DNA from: Octopus sinensis
Lineage: Eukaryota
Assembly: GCF_006345805.1 (NCBI RefSeq)
Contig: NC_043004.1
Span: forward strand, 80,972,001-81,036,000
Length of the DNA stretch: 64,000 nucleotides
Direction of reading: 5' to 3'
This document shows, in pieces, positions 24,370 through 36,894 of this stretch. Under the pieces are notes generated by a model. It was not told the DNA's origin and ran no database searches. It saw nothing but the letters and a program-made list of their open reading frames with translations. How positions within the stretch are numbered: the stretch's first letter is position 1; every line of letters starts with the position of its first letter. The position numbers and the translations under genes are program-made.

Positions 24370-24860
24370 GTAATAACAATAATAATAGTAATAATAATGA
24401 TAGTAATAATAATAATAATAGTAATAATAATAATAATAATAGTAATAATAATGATAGTAATAATAATATTAATATTAATAATAATGATGATGATGATAAG
24501 TATTATTATTGTTTTTGTTATTATTATCGTGGGAAAGTCATGAGCATTACACATTCTCATTAATTGCCTTATATAATTCTAGAGCTTTGTGTCCGTGTTA
24601 CCATAAATCATATTCATGTATCCATTAATCCATTAATCCATTAAGCCGTCCATTATTAAAATAACCTTGTATTGCTACAAGCATTTCTTATTTTGATGAT
24701 GATGATGATCATCATCATCATCATTATCAGACGATGATGACGACAGAACGAAAAGAGCAATATTTATTATTATTAACAATAGTCATCATCATAATCATCA
24801 TCATCATCATCATCATCATCATTATTATTATTATTATTATTGTTGTTGTTGTAGTTGTTG

Positions 24861-24903
<43 letters not shown>

Positions 24904-24906
24904 TAC

Positions 24907-24953
<47 letters not shown>

Positions 24954-24974
24954 TATTATTATTGTTATTATTAT

Positions 24975-25135
24975 TAAGGTGGTGAGCTGGCATTATCGTG
25001 AGTACGCTGACCGAAATGTTTAGCGACATTTCGTCCATCTTAACGTTTCTGTGTCTAATTTTGCCGAGGTGGACTTTGCCTTTCATCCTTTCGGAGTCGA
25101 AAAGTTGTGTACCAGTGAAACACTGGGGTCGATGT
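24975..25135 (+). mobile_element. SINE family A
   Basis: GGTGAGCTGGCA head through CACTGGGGTCGATG. Confidence 0.8.
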
Positions 25136-25154
25136 AATAATAATAATAATAATG

Positions 25155-25218
<64 letters not shown>

Positions 25219-25376
25219 TAAAATTCCCTGATGCAGTACCAGACTAGATACCTCGCACAAAATTTCTGGCCTTCTGCCTTTAGTAGAAAGGATTATTATT
25301 TTTTTTTTATTATTATTATTGTTGTTGTTGTTGCTGTTGTTATTATTATTATCATTATTAATATTATTATTATTAT

Positions 25377-25661
25377 TGAGTGATAGAGCAAATTATCCAA
25401 ATCTCCAAGGATTCCTCTCAACACACGCTATGATTCTCCCCCGCTACTTCTGCTCCTGATCAGAGATGCACATATCGTCAGCCATTAAGGAACATGCTCA
25501 ACTGGTTAAGGTCAAACAACTGACAACCAAGTCTGTGGCATTGAGCAGAATATTTGCTGTAGCCCTCTTTTATACCAAGACACAACAATGTCCATGATAA
25601 CACCTCCAACCAGTAAAGATCGGAAGCCATGAGAGCCACTGTCTGGTACTGCATCAGGGAA
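25377..25661 (-). mobile_element. Internally deleted copy of the TG...CA element
   Basis: TGAGTGATAGAGCA joined to AATTATCCAAA...CTGGTACTGCATCAGGGAA. Confidence 0.8.
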
Positions 25662-25960
25662 CTTTGCCTTTCATCCTTTCAGGGTCGATTAAATAAGTAG
25701 CAGTTACGCACTGGGGTCGATATAATCGACTTAATCCGTTTGTCTGCCCTTGTTTGTCCTCTCTGTGTTTAGCCCCTTGTGAGTAGTAAAGAAATAGTTA
25801 TTTCGTCTGTAGCTACGTTTTGAGTTCAAATTCCTCAGAGGCCAATTTTGCCTTTCATCCTTTCGGGGTCGATAAATAAAGTATCAATGAAACACTGGAG
25901 TCGATGAAATCGACTTATCACCTACCCCCAAATTGTTCGCCTTGCGGCAACATTTGAAAC
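25662..25960 (+). mobile_element. SINE family A, headless alpha-beta dimer
   Basis: Body, alpha tail, TATTTCGTC junction, body, beta tail. Confidence 0.82.
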
Positions 25961-26439
25961 CATTGTTATTGTTATTGTTGTTGTTGTTGTTGCTGTGGTG
26001 GTGGTGGTGGTGGTGGCGGCGGCGCTGGTGTTTATTATTGTTCTAATAATCTATGTTACGATGATAATGATTATGAGAAACGCATGAACATTACAAATTC
26101 CTCATATTCTCAACATTCGTACATTAAAACTCATCCATGTATAATAATAAATAAAAGAACAACTATATTTTACATTCCTTTATTCATAAATTCCTCAGAT
26201 TATGGTAATCACATTGTATTAGTGGAAACATTTCTGTTATGTTCATGATAATAATCGTGGGAAAGGCATGAACGTTATAAATTCCTCGTATTTATTCTTC
26301 TCTGTAAATCTTCTTATCTATGTAGATAGAAAACAAAGATTTCGGCCTACGGTCCATTAATCGACTTATGGTTTCCTCCTTCGAAATCGTTTCTCTCTTT
26401 CTTTTTCTTTTTCTTCCTATCTACCTAAGTACCTAACTA

Positions 26440-26456
26440 TCTATCTATCTATATAT

Positions 26457-26527
<71 letters not shown>

Positions 26528-26596
26528 CTCTTCTTCCCAAAAAGAAAAGCGCTACATTGTATTTTTGTTCAGCCCTGGGTAGCCAATAAAGAAACA

Positions 26597-26665
<69 letters not shown>

Positions 26666-26722
26666 CTCTATTTATCTATCTATCTATCTATCTATCCATC
26701 TATCTATCCATCTATCTATCTA

Positions 26723-26774
<52 letters not shown>

Positions 26775-26775
26775 A
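26440..26775. repeat. (TATC)n tetranucleotide arrays; others at 9540-9600, 17785-17935, 39325-39378, 57480-58000
   Basis: Direct inspection. Confidence 0.95.
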
Positions 26776-26992
26776 GTTTGTCAGTCTGTTCTCTCTCTTT
26801 CTTTCTTTCTTCTTCAATTTTTTTCTTTTTCTCTATTGTCTATCTATCTATAGTGTGTATATATGTACATATATATATATATATATATCTTCATTTATTC
26901 TTTTACAGCTTTACTTGTTTCGGTCATTTTGACTGTGGCCATGCTGGAGCACCGCCTCTAAGTCGAGGTTGTCAGGCGATGGTGGGGGACGG

Positions 26993-27068
<76 letters not shown>

Positions 27069-27079
27069 TAGATGAAGGT

Positions 27080-27345
27080 GCATGGCTCAGTAGTTAGAGC
27101 GTCGAGCTTACGATCGTGAGATTGTGAGTTCGATTTTCGGACCGGAATGCGTGTTGTGTTCTTGTTAACTCAGCTGTAGATACGAGTTGTGACATCACTT
27201 TCCTTGGATAGCATCAGTGGTGTGGAGAGGGGAGTCCGGTATGCATGGGCGACTGCTGGTCTTCCATAAACAACCTTGCCCGGACTTGTGCCTTGGAGGG
27301 TAAGGTAAAATCCCATGGTCATTCATGATCAAAGGCAGTCTCCTC
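27080..27345 (+). mobile_element. tRNA-derived SINE family D
   Basis: TGGCTCAGTAGTTAG A-box and GAGTTCGATT B-box, followed by an unrelated body. Confidence 0.65.
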
Positions 27346-27571
27346 ATGTATTTATATATATATATATATACTTATATATATACATATATACATATATTAT
27401 ATATATATATATATATGGCGGGCTTCTTTCAGTTTCTATCTACTAAATCCACACACAAGGCTTTGGCCCGAGGCTATAGAAAATATCTGCCCAAGGTGCC
27501 ACGCAGTGGGACTGAACCCAGAACCACGTGGTTGGGAAGAAAGCTTCTTACTATACACCCACTCCTGCGAC

Positions 27572-27624
<53 letters not shown>

Positions 27625-27879
27625 TAATTTTAATGCGAGAAGATGGAATGAAGATCGAAATCACATGTGTTTCTGTGCACCAGTATCAGCTGGTAATTGT
27701 TTAGTGTTTCACGTCTTATATGCATTAATATTATCCAACAATAGCTGTACATTTGCACGTCTTCGGGTGAGTAGGCTTCGAGAGCACTGCTGTATGATGG
27801 CATATGATAGCCAATACTTGTAGAAGGGCTTTGGAAAGCACGCTATAATGTTATTACTAGGATGATGTTATATACATAC

Positions 27880-27916
<37 letters not shown>

Positions 27917-27927
27917 CATACACACAC

Positions 27928-27961
<34 letters not shown>

Positions 27962-28944
27962 ATGCAAACGCAAACACGCTCACACACATATATATATATA
28001 TATACGTGTGTATAGATGCGTGTGTATGTACGTGGGTGTGTGATTGTCTAGTAGTATGTTAAATATTTACACATGTCGCTTTAGTTAGAAGCTTACTCAA
28101 CGCTTATGTAAATGTTTCCATTGTCGTCTGTTTTTTTACTTGCATTATTTTTATTTACATTCCTACTATATTCATTTATTCACGCTTTATATTGATTTAT
28201 TCATTAAGGAATTTCATTAACTTTTAATTGTTGTTCTTTCTAATTTCTTTCATTGTTCGTCTTTCAAATTATATCATTCTCTCTAATTAATCTTTCTTTC
28301 ACTATCCTTCTTGGGACATCTTCCTTTCTCGTCTGCCTTTGATCTCTCATGCTATATTTATTCTGCTTGAGTCATTTTCTTTCATTTTATTTCATTTATT
28401 ATCCTTGAACATCTTTCTTTCTTGGACATCCTAAAATCATTCTTTCATCTTTCATTCTCCTAATTTCATTCTTATTCATTCATTTTCTTTCATTCATTAT
28501 CCTTCTCTCAACATTCTTCTTTCTTGTAAATACTTTCTCATTCCTTCTCCTTCATTCGTTATCCTACTTTCAAAATGTTTGCTCGTTGTACATGCATCAT
28601 CGTTCTTTCGTTTTTCATTCCCCTTATTCATTCATTCATTCTTATTCATTTTCTTTCATTCTATTTCACTCATTATGTCTCCTTCAAAATCTATCATCGT
28701 TTTACGGTCATTATCTTTCATTCAACTTTTCATTCTGTTAAATTCATTATCCATCTTCAAATTCATTCACTCTCCTACAATTTTTACCATTCTTTCGTCT
28801 TTTATTCTTGATATTCATTTCCTTCTTTCGACGTCTTTCATTCTCGTACAGTCCTTTCCCTTACAGCCATTTTACTTTTTCAACTCCTTATTTTCTTGTA
28901 GTTTCAGCTTCCTTTATTTCCCGGCACATACTTCTTGTATTCTT

Positions 28945-29315
28945 TTATTCTTTTACTTGTTTCAGCCATTTGACTGCGGCCATGCTGAAGCACCGCCTTT
29001 AGTCGAACGAATCAACCCCAGGACATTCTTTGTAAGCCTAGTACTTGTTCTATACGGCCGCTTTTGCCTAACCGCTAAGTTACGGGGACGTGAATACACC
29101 AACATCGGTTGTCAATCGATGGCGTGGGGAGGGACAAACACATACACACACATATACATACGAGGGGCTTCTTTCAGTTTCCGTCAACCAAATCCACTCA
29201 CAAGGCTTTGGTTGGCCCGTGGCTATAGTAGAAGACACTTGCCTAAGATGCCATACAGTGGGACTGAACCCGGAACATGTGAATGGTAAGCACGCTACTT
29301 ACCACACAACCACTC
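28945..29315 (-). mobile_element. SINE family B, full length
   Basis: All family B blocks present on the minus strand. Confidence 0.88.
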
Positions 29316-29769
29316 CTTTTTTTTTTCTTTTTTTTTTTCATTTACTTCGGTGTCTTATTGTATTGGTTGTCTAGTGAATATTTTGCAGTAGATATTTTAT
29401 GGTAAATATTTCGGCATAAAATCTTCTCCCAATACGAAAGCAAATAAAGTATAAAGATAAACCAACCATTTTTGTCTCCCACGTAAAAAATCAAAGGAAG
29501 ACGCTCATTGGCAAATTCTCCACAGAAAATTCTTTGGAGAATGTTTCCAAAATGGCAAGTCTCGGAGCAAAATCGCACATAAAAGAATATGATATTAGAG
29601 TTAGCAATAAGAAAAAAATACCAAAAATAAGAATGATGATGATAGTAGCAGCAGTGGCAGTAGTAGAAGTAGTAGTAGTAGACATGATGTTCACAATAAA
29701 GGTTACCGTTATGGTTTCAAATTTTCGTACAGTGCCTGATACTTTGAAGAAAGGTGATCGTCGATTGCT

Positions 29770-30390
29770 TGGAACCCGTTGCTCATCTGGTAATTATTTT
29801 ATAGATCCAAAATAAAGGATGAAAGGTAAAATCGACTACGGCAGAATTTGAACTCGATACATAAAGATTGACGAAATACCGCTAAGCGTGCTAACGTTTC
29901 TGCCAGCTCGCCGCTGACGAAATACCTCTTTCTTTAATACCCACAAGGAGCTAAACACGGAGAGAACAAACAAGGACAGACAAACGGATTAAGTCGATTA
30001 TATCGACCCCAGTACGTAACTGGTACTTATTTAATCGACCCCGAAAGGATGAAAGACAAAGTCGACTTCGGCGGAATGTGAACTCAGAACGTAGCGACAG
30101 ACGAAATATCGCTAAGCGTTTCACCCGGCGTGCTAACGTTTCTGCCAGTTCGCTGCCTTAATAATAAATCTTTTCAACTATAGGCACAAGGCCCCGAAAT
30201 TTTGTAGAAGGCGGGGGGGGCAGTCGATTAGATCAACCTCAGTACGCAACTGGTAATTAATTTATCGACCCCGAGAGGATGAAAGGCAAAGTCGACCTCC
30301 GCGGAATTTGAACTCAGAACGTAAAGAGACGAAATGCTGCCAAGTATTTTGCTCGGCGTGCTAACGACTCTGCCAGCTCACCGCCTTAAT
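29770..30390 (-). mobile_element. Cluster of three to four SINE family A units
   Basis: Repeated GAATTTGAACTC / ATCGACCCC / CTGCCAGCTCGCC blocks. Confidence 0.85.
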
Positions 30391-30421
30391 AGTGAAAATA
30401 ATGATAGCAGTTGTTATAGTG

Positions 30422-30817
30422 AGGCGCAGGAGTGGCTGTGTTGTAAGTAGCTTGCTTACCAACCACGTGGTTCTGGCTTCATTCCCACTGCGTGGCCCCT
30501 TGGGCTAGTGTTTTCTACTATAGTTTCGGGCTGACCAAAGCCTTGTGAGTGCAATTGGTACACGGAAACTGGAAGAAGCCCGTCGTACATATGTATATAT
30601 ATGTATATGTATGTTTGTGTGTTTGTACCCACCAACATCGCTTGACAACCGAAGCTGGTGTGCTAACTCCCCGTAACTTAGCGGTTCGGCAAAAGAAGCC
30701 GATAGAATAAGTACTAGGGATACAAAAATAAGCTCTGGGATCGATTTGCTCGATTAAAGGCGATGCTCCAGCATGGCTGCAGTCAAACGGCTGAAACAAG
30801 TAAACCAGTAAAAGAGA
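30422..30817 (+). mobile_element. SINE family B, full length
   Basis: AGGCGCAGGAGTGGCTGTG head to the GAAACAAGTAAA...AAAGAG tail. Confidence 0.9.
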
Positions 30818-30848
30818 GTGTGTGTGTGTCTATATATATATTATATAT

Positions 30849-30890
<42 letters not shown>

Positions 30891-31313
30891 ATATATAAAG
30901 ATATATATTATATTACATGTAGAGGCAGAGAGAGAAGGAGATATGAGACAGAGACAGATGTTTACTCCGGCCAGCAGTATAGATTACTCATCGTAATTAA
31001 CAAGGACTTTCTACGTTAATTAATTCTCTATTTCAAATTCCAGCATAATCAACGTATTCATTTCCATACCGAACTAAATTTAAGAAAAGAAATGAGAAAA
31101 AAAAAACAATAAGCTTTGCTTACATTTGAAAACGTGTTTGTCTTATTGTTGTTATTGTGATTGCTGTTGTTGTTTTTGTTGCTGTTGTTGTCTATTGTTT
31201 AAAAAGTTAGATTACTTGTACATGACTCATGCACAACTGTAGGTTTTATAAATTATGTCGGATGATCAAGCGAACTCACACGTATGTCTTCAATAAATAA
31301 ATATATGTATACA

Positions 31314-31869
31314 CAGGCATACATAAATAGACACCTTTAATATTCAAAATTTCTGATCTAAGCGTTTTAATAGGTTTTCAGCGGTGTAGAATTTACAATG
31401 TAATTTTTTTTTTTCCATTCCCGGTGCCATTATATTAAACATTTGTCACGCACAAAAAAATTCAGCAGAACTGTCAGATTTTCAAAGAGGTCGTATTGTT
31501 AGGCAATCTGAGGCTGGTCTTAACGAGCTAAAAATTGCCGAAAATCTTCAAATTCTTCTTGCTACTCTTAATAGAATGAAAGTACAATTCAAAAGCCAAC
31601 GAAAAGAATCAACAGATTCTCGCCCCGGCCAATCTGGGCCCTCGGAAAGGAAGCTTCGCTGTTTGAAGACAATTGTGGAAAACGAACCCCGTTCGCATGC
31701 TTCTGACATTGCAAAACAGCTAGAAGTTTGTCCAAGAACGTGTGTTACATATCTGCATAAGCTTGGGCCTTATAGACGAGTAGCTAGAAGAAAACCTTTC
31801 CTTCAACCAATTAATATCAAATAAAAGAGTTTGAAAATTAAAGGTGTCTATTTACTTTCTGCATGTCTG
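31314..31869 (+). mobile_element. Tc1-like deletion derivative retaining TIRs and the DNA-binding region
   Basis: TIRs CAGGCATACATAAATAGACACCTTTAAT / ATTAAAGGTGTCTATTTACTTTCTGCATGTCTG|TA. Translation ELSDFQRGRIV...ASDIAKQLEVCPRT...VARRKPFL; no catalytic domain. Confidence 0.85.
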
Positions 31870-31871
31870 TA

Positions 31872-31912
<41 letters not shown>

Positions 31913-32050
31913 TATATATATATATATATATGTGCGTGTGTGTGTGTGTGTGTGTGTTGTGTGTGTGTGTGTTTATAGAGAGAGAGGGAGTATGCAGATA
32001 TACGTACGCGTGCGTGTACATGCGTGAATATATATACATAAGTATATACA

Positions 32051-32125
<75 letters not shown>

Positions 32126-32234
32126 CTGATGAGTTACCAAATGTATTCAACACATATGGATCGTAGCTACAGAGCACGCAGGTCAGTCAAAATTTTATTC
32201 GCATTCTTGTTTCTGTAATTTATTAAGACATATG

Positions 32235-32410
32235 AGCAGGGATGACAAATTTATTTTTCGACATGGTCTTCTTATTTTCGATGCATTTCGTCCAGCAGTC
32301 CACAAGCTTGATAATTGCATCGGTGAAATTTTTCGGCTGGTCGCCAAGCCATTTATGCACGGCTTCCTGCGCTTCTTCGGTCATAGCAAATCAACGATCT
32401 CGTAAAAGAT
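32235..32410 (-). pseudogene. mariner transposase C-terminal fragment
   Basis: EEAQEAVHKWLGDQPKNFTDAIIKLVDCWTKCIENKEDHVEK* matches mariner C-termini. Confidence 0.7.
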
Positions 32411-32473
32411 ATTTAGTCCATTATTTATATTATTAACATTTGATAGATATTTGTCCTCATCTTGCTTGTTGTT

Positions 32474-32519
32474 AACACAACGTTTCGGCTGATACACCCT
32501 CCAGCCTTCATCAGATATC
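32474..32519 (-). ncRNA. Minimal type I hammerhead-ribozyme-like motif (Penelope type)
   Basis: GATAT-CTGATGA-A-GGCTG(GAGGGTGTAT)CAGCC-GAAAC-GT-T-GTGTT: canonical core, 5-bp stem II, palindromic stem III and a wobble-rich stem I. Confidence 0.65.
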
Positions 32520-32556
32520 TGGGTTCTCGTTCCTAAGGTATTTTTCAATGTTGTTG

Positions 32557-32609
<53 letters not shown>

Positions 32610-32630
32610 GTTATTACTATTATTATTATT

Positions 32631-32697
32631 TAGGTCAGTGCCAGGAATCGAACTCGGAATCTTGAGGTTAGTAGCCCGCGCTCTTAACCACTACACC
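32631..32697 (-). mobile_element. tRNA-like SINE head followed by (AAT)n
   Basis: GGTGTAGTGGTTAAGAGCGCGGGCTACTAACC...GAGTTCGATTCC has A and B boxes but no complete acceptor stem. Confidence 0.7.
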
Positions 32698-32920
32698 AAA
32701 AAAGAGATAGTCGGATGGGTCGGATCTGAACTGCATTCAGGATGCTCCAGCAAATCGAAACTTAACTCTTAAAGTATTTAAGCAGAGCGAATGCCCGTTG
32801 CATGATCCCATGTTAAAGACATCGGGGTCTCAGTTTGAATCTTTTGGGCACTACAAAGCGTTTTCTATACTGACAATCTCTGGATCTCATCTGTGAACTA
32901 CACACACACACACACACACA

Positions 32921-33118
32921 TTCCGTCGTTTTGACCTTCGAATGACACCACCTTGTTTGCTAGGCGAGTGGCCCAACGTACTCCGCTGATCGAAAGGATG
33001 ACTGGGACAACGGGGAATTTTAAGAGTTTTGCTCCGGAAACCAAAGCGTCACCTCGTCTGGGAATCGAAGCCGCGATCTAGCGATCGTGAGTGTGAAGCA
33101 GCCTAACCACTACGCTAA
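32921..33118 (-). mobile_element. tRNA-derived SINE (family D-like) with the start of an RTE-type tail
   Basis: TAGCGTAGTGGTTAGG A-box and GGCTTCGATTCC B-box. The tail GGTGGTGTCATTCGAAGG resembles 9415-9440. Confidence 0.6.
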
Positions 33119-33890
33119 ACACACACACACACACAAACTCATATACATTACTACGTCTGCTCCTAAGAGAGTGTGTCACCTATTACATTTCATACGGGTA
33201 TACATACATGCATACCTACAAAGATATAAGTGTATGTATGTATTATGTATGAATGTATGTGTATGTGGCTACCAATGAAATACGATAGCTGACACAATCA
33301 CATAGGAGCAAACATGCATAAGATACAATGTCTCAAATAACATTTGTATTATTTCTGATGTGATTGCAGGATTGAAACTCGAGTCTACGAAACCCAAATT
33401 TAATTATGTCAAAGTTTGTAATACACTACTGTCGACCTGTGGTGTATATAACTTGTTACTTGGCAATCCTTACAACGACGTTGTTAACATTACATGTGCG
33501 TCTATATCTACATATATGTATGTAGATATATATATGTATATATGTATGTATCTAGATATAGCCACACATGTAATGTTAACAAGGATTGCCAAGTAACAAG
33601 TTATAGAGAAAGAGCCAGGTTCTAAACAAAATCCAAGGCTCCTTCATTGGAATTTCAACATCAACAACAGGGTATTTTTGTATATATGAAAGCATGTATG
33701 TATGTATGCAAATATGTGCAGATTTGTATGTTTTGCTCTACGTATTCTCATGTGTACAGTTGCTTCTAAACATGCTCATATATATTAAAATGCTAAACTT
33801 CTGCAAAGTTTTACAGATTTTTGCAGTTCTTGTGATGGATTGTATCTACTTTTCGAATTAGCTTTCTCCTTCTGTGTGTATGTATATATG

Positions 33891-33940
<50 letters not shown>

Positions 33941-35089
33941 TGTATGTATGTATGTATGTATGTATGTATGTATGCGCGTGTGTGTGTTTGTGTAGAGCAT
34001 CCACAGCGATGATAACATAGGTTTACGGGAGAGAGACACAGAGACAGACAGAGAAAGAGAAAGAGAGATTCAGCAATGTTCATGGGACCCCAATGTGTTC
34101 TTCCCACATTCACTTCTTAACAAAAGTTTCTTGATTCCTTCTAAAATATTTTAAACAGACTTGAATTAGCAGTTTAAAAGATTTTTACAAATATACCCGT
34201 AATTTTATCATATGAGCAAAGGTTTGCCGTATCATTCACGTCATCTTTTCGACATTTTTAATATATCTTTTGCTGACAAAAGAATTATTTAATGAAATTC
34301 GTGCTTCATATTGTTTACACTACATATCTGCGTACGTGTACGCGAGCACCTAAGCATGCGTACGTGTTTGTATGTGTGCAATCATTTTGAAAGAATGCGG
34401 ATCCTGTAAATGAGGCGAACGCCTACAGTAAATTGCAAAACAGTGCACGGCCTATCCTTTACCAATCTGCAAGTGCAACTGCTGATAGTCATGTGTGCAC
34501 CACATAGACTGTAACCATTTATGAGTGGCTCGGCAGTCAACAAGAATTTGAAAATCCTTTTTTCTTTAAAAGCGAGTCGCAATATCGCGACAATCTTTCA
34601 AACGGTTGTCTGAGTGTGTGTGTGGTGTGTGTGTGTGTGCATGAATGTATGTATTATATATTATTTATATTATTATATATGCACATAATGATATTAATAA
34701 TATATAAATATATGCATATATACATACATATATGTACATACCTACATATATATATATGTATATATACATGCCAATACCTTTAAAGGTATTTTTTAATATA
34801 CTGACCATTGATAAAAAATTTTTTTTAGAAAATAATTTATCCTACATCACATTTATATATATATATCAGTTTCCGCCTACCAAATCCACTGAGAAGGCTT
34901 TCGTCGGCCCGAAGCTATAGTAGGAAACACTAACCGCAAGGAGCCACGAAGTGGAACTGAGCCCAGCTCCAAGTGGTTGGGAAGCAAGCGACTTACCTCA
35001 TAGCCACGTCAGCGCATATTTCTATATCTGCAATTAATTATAGTTTTAACGTTATTTTAACAGTAAGAATTAATAAGGAGTAAATATTC

Positions 35090-35470
35090 GTTTCTACCCT
35101 AAATTTTTAGGGAAGGGACCAGTCAATTAGATCGACCCCAGGACGCAACTGATACTTAATTTATCGACCCCGAAAGGATGAAAGGCAAAGTAGACCTCGG
35201 CGGAATTTGAACTCAGAACGTAGCGCAGACGAACTACCTCGTTTCTTTACTACTCACAAGAGGCTAAACACAGAGACGACAATCAAGGACAGACAAACGG
35301 TTTAAGTCGATTATATCGACCCCAGTGCGTAACTGGTACTTATTTAATCGGCCCCGAAAGGATGAAGAGCAAAGTCGACCTCGGCGGAATTTGAACTCAG
35401 AACGTAGTAGCAGACGAAATACCGCTAAGCATTTCGCCCGGCGTGTTAACGATTCTGCCAACTCGCCGCC
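35090..35470 (-). mobile_element. SINE family A alpha-beta dimer
   Basis: Same layout as 23915-24300. Confidence 0.88.
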
Positions 35471-36322
35471 TTATAAAGAGTAAATATTTTAAAAGTTGTA
35501 AATCGTGTACAGCAACGCATGTTTATGAGACTTGCGAGTTGCGTTTATTGGATCCGCTGTGTAGTCGATCTACCTAAAGCTGAATATCAAGGGTATATAC
35601 CATATAGCGAATCAACAGGGAAGACTATGCGTGGTTGCTTGAACCGCTAGAAATAGCAACAAGTCTGCTTCACACCGCTATACTTCATTTGCTTGTTTAC
35701 CCAATAAAGGCGATAGCAGCGTCAATCCAAGACGTTCATTCTCCTCCGCGTCCAGTACCTGTTTCGCATCGGAGCGGACGTGGCTGACAAAATCGATACG
35801 TGGTAGACAGGCCAGTGTTTCAGATCTTTCTACTGAGATACCGGAATGAGTCCGCCTGCAGAAGATCATCATCAATAAGGACAGAATGAGAGCTAGCTGA
35901 GTACAAATGAGCATGATACAATTATGTTCTATCCGAAATGTTGCAGGACAACACCTGCAGGAAGGATATGAGGAAGGCAGAATATTTCAGAGTCAACGGA
36001 AAGAAAGGATGAGGCGTAGTTAAGGCTGAGCTAGGAGAGAACACAACAGGAGTGATAAAAGGGAGAGAGCTGAGTGGGTCAGGGGGTATCTGAATGAAAG
36101 ATGTATGAGAATATCCAACTCTAAGGAACAGAGGCTATTAAAGAAGAGATAAGCGATAAAGAGAGGAGACAGTATGTTAGTGGACCAAAAGCTGGAGAAT
36201 GCCTGTAAGTGGTTTAATGCCAGCCAGTCAAGTGGAGAACTCCAGTTTTTCGATTACTCACTTGAAATCCGAACCGAGAATAGACATTGTGCATTGAGTT
36301 CATCGTGTGTTGAAGAGAAAAG

Positions 36323-36762
36323 GGATCTTTTCGGTTTGAACGGCAGTTTTTTTCTAGCGGTGTCATATGACATTGTCACCCATAATTATGACCCTGGTAT
36401 CGATCTAATGCATTTCAATCTATTTTAGGGTTAGGGTTAGGGTTAGGGTTAGGATTAGGTTAGGAGTGGGGGGAAGGGTATCTTTTTTTCTTCACAAATG
36501 TAAATAAACCCAATGTGTTTCTTAAACGAGGGACATATATCATACGGCACAGAATGTTTTTATCTCAATACACGTCACTGATTGGTTGAAATTGCAGAAA
36601 TTTTTTAAAAAAACAACAAATATCTTACAAACTATAGAATTTTCTCAATAAAGCTAAGAGAAAAAGATGTTTTATAAACACATTCTCCCAGTATACGAAG
36701 TTTTAAATTTTTTAGTTACCTAGAAATTATGTTAAAAACTGCCGTTCAAACCGAAAAGATCC
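36323..36762. mobile_element. 440-bp MITE with 29-bp TIRs, 8-bp TSD and internal (TTAGGG)n
   Basis: GAGAAAAG|GGATCTTTTCGGTTTGAACGGCAGTTTTT ... AAAAACTGCCGTTCAAACCGAAAAGATCC|GAGAAAAG. Confidence 0.92.
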
Positions 36763-36894
36763 GAGAAAAGATAGTATGCGATGGTGCAGCTGGATCGTCA
36801 GCATACTGGATCTCCTACACCGTGGTTGAGAGAGATTTGATTTGGATTTAAGGCGGCAAATGTTAAGGACGGTGCCACCAAAGGGTAACCTGTT

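Noticed and set aside
28579-29289. 236-aa hydrophobic ORF resembling a membrane protein
   Set aside because: It is T/C-rich (TTCA-like) low-complexity DNA running into a SINE B copy.
32631-32697. True tRNA genes (also 7085-7150, 27080-27140)
   Set aside because: A and B boxes are present, but acceptor and anticodon stems do not close and SINE bodies or tails follow.
35680-35930. GC-richer stretch that might be a coding relic
   Set aside because: No recognisable motif in the frames I translated.
36425-36465. Chromosome end or fusion site
   Set aside because: There are only four perfect units, and they are enclosed by TIRs and a TSD.
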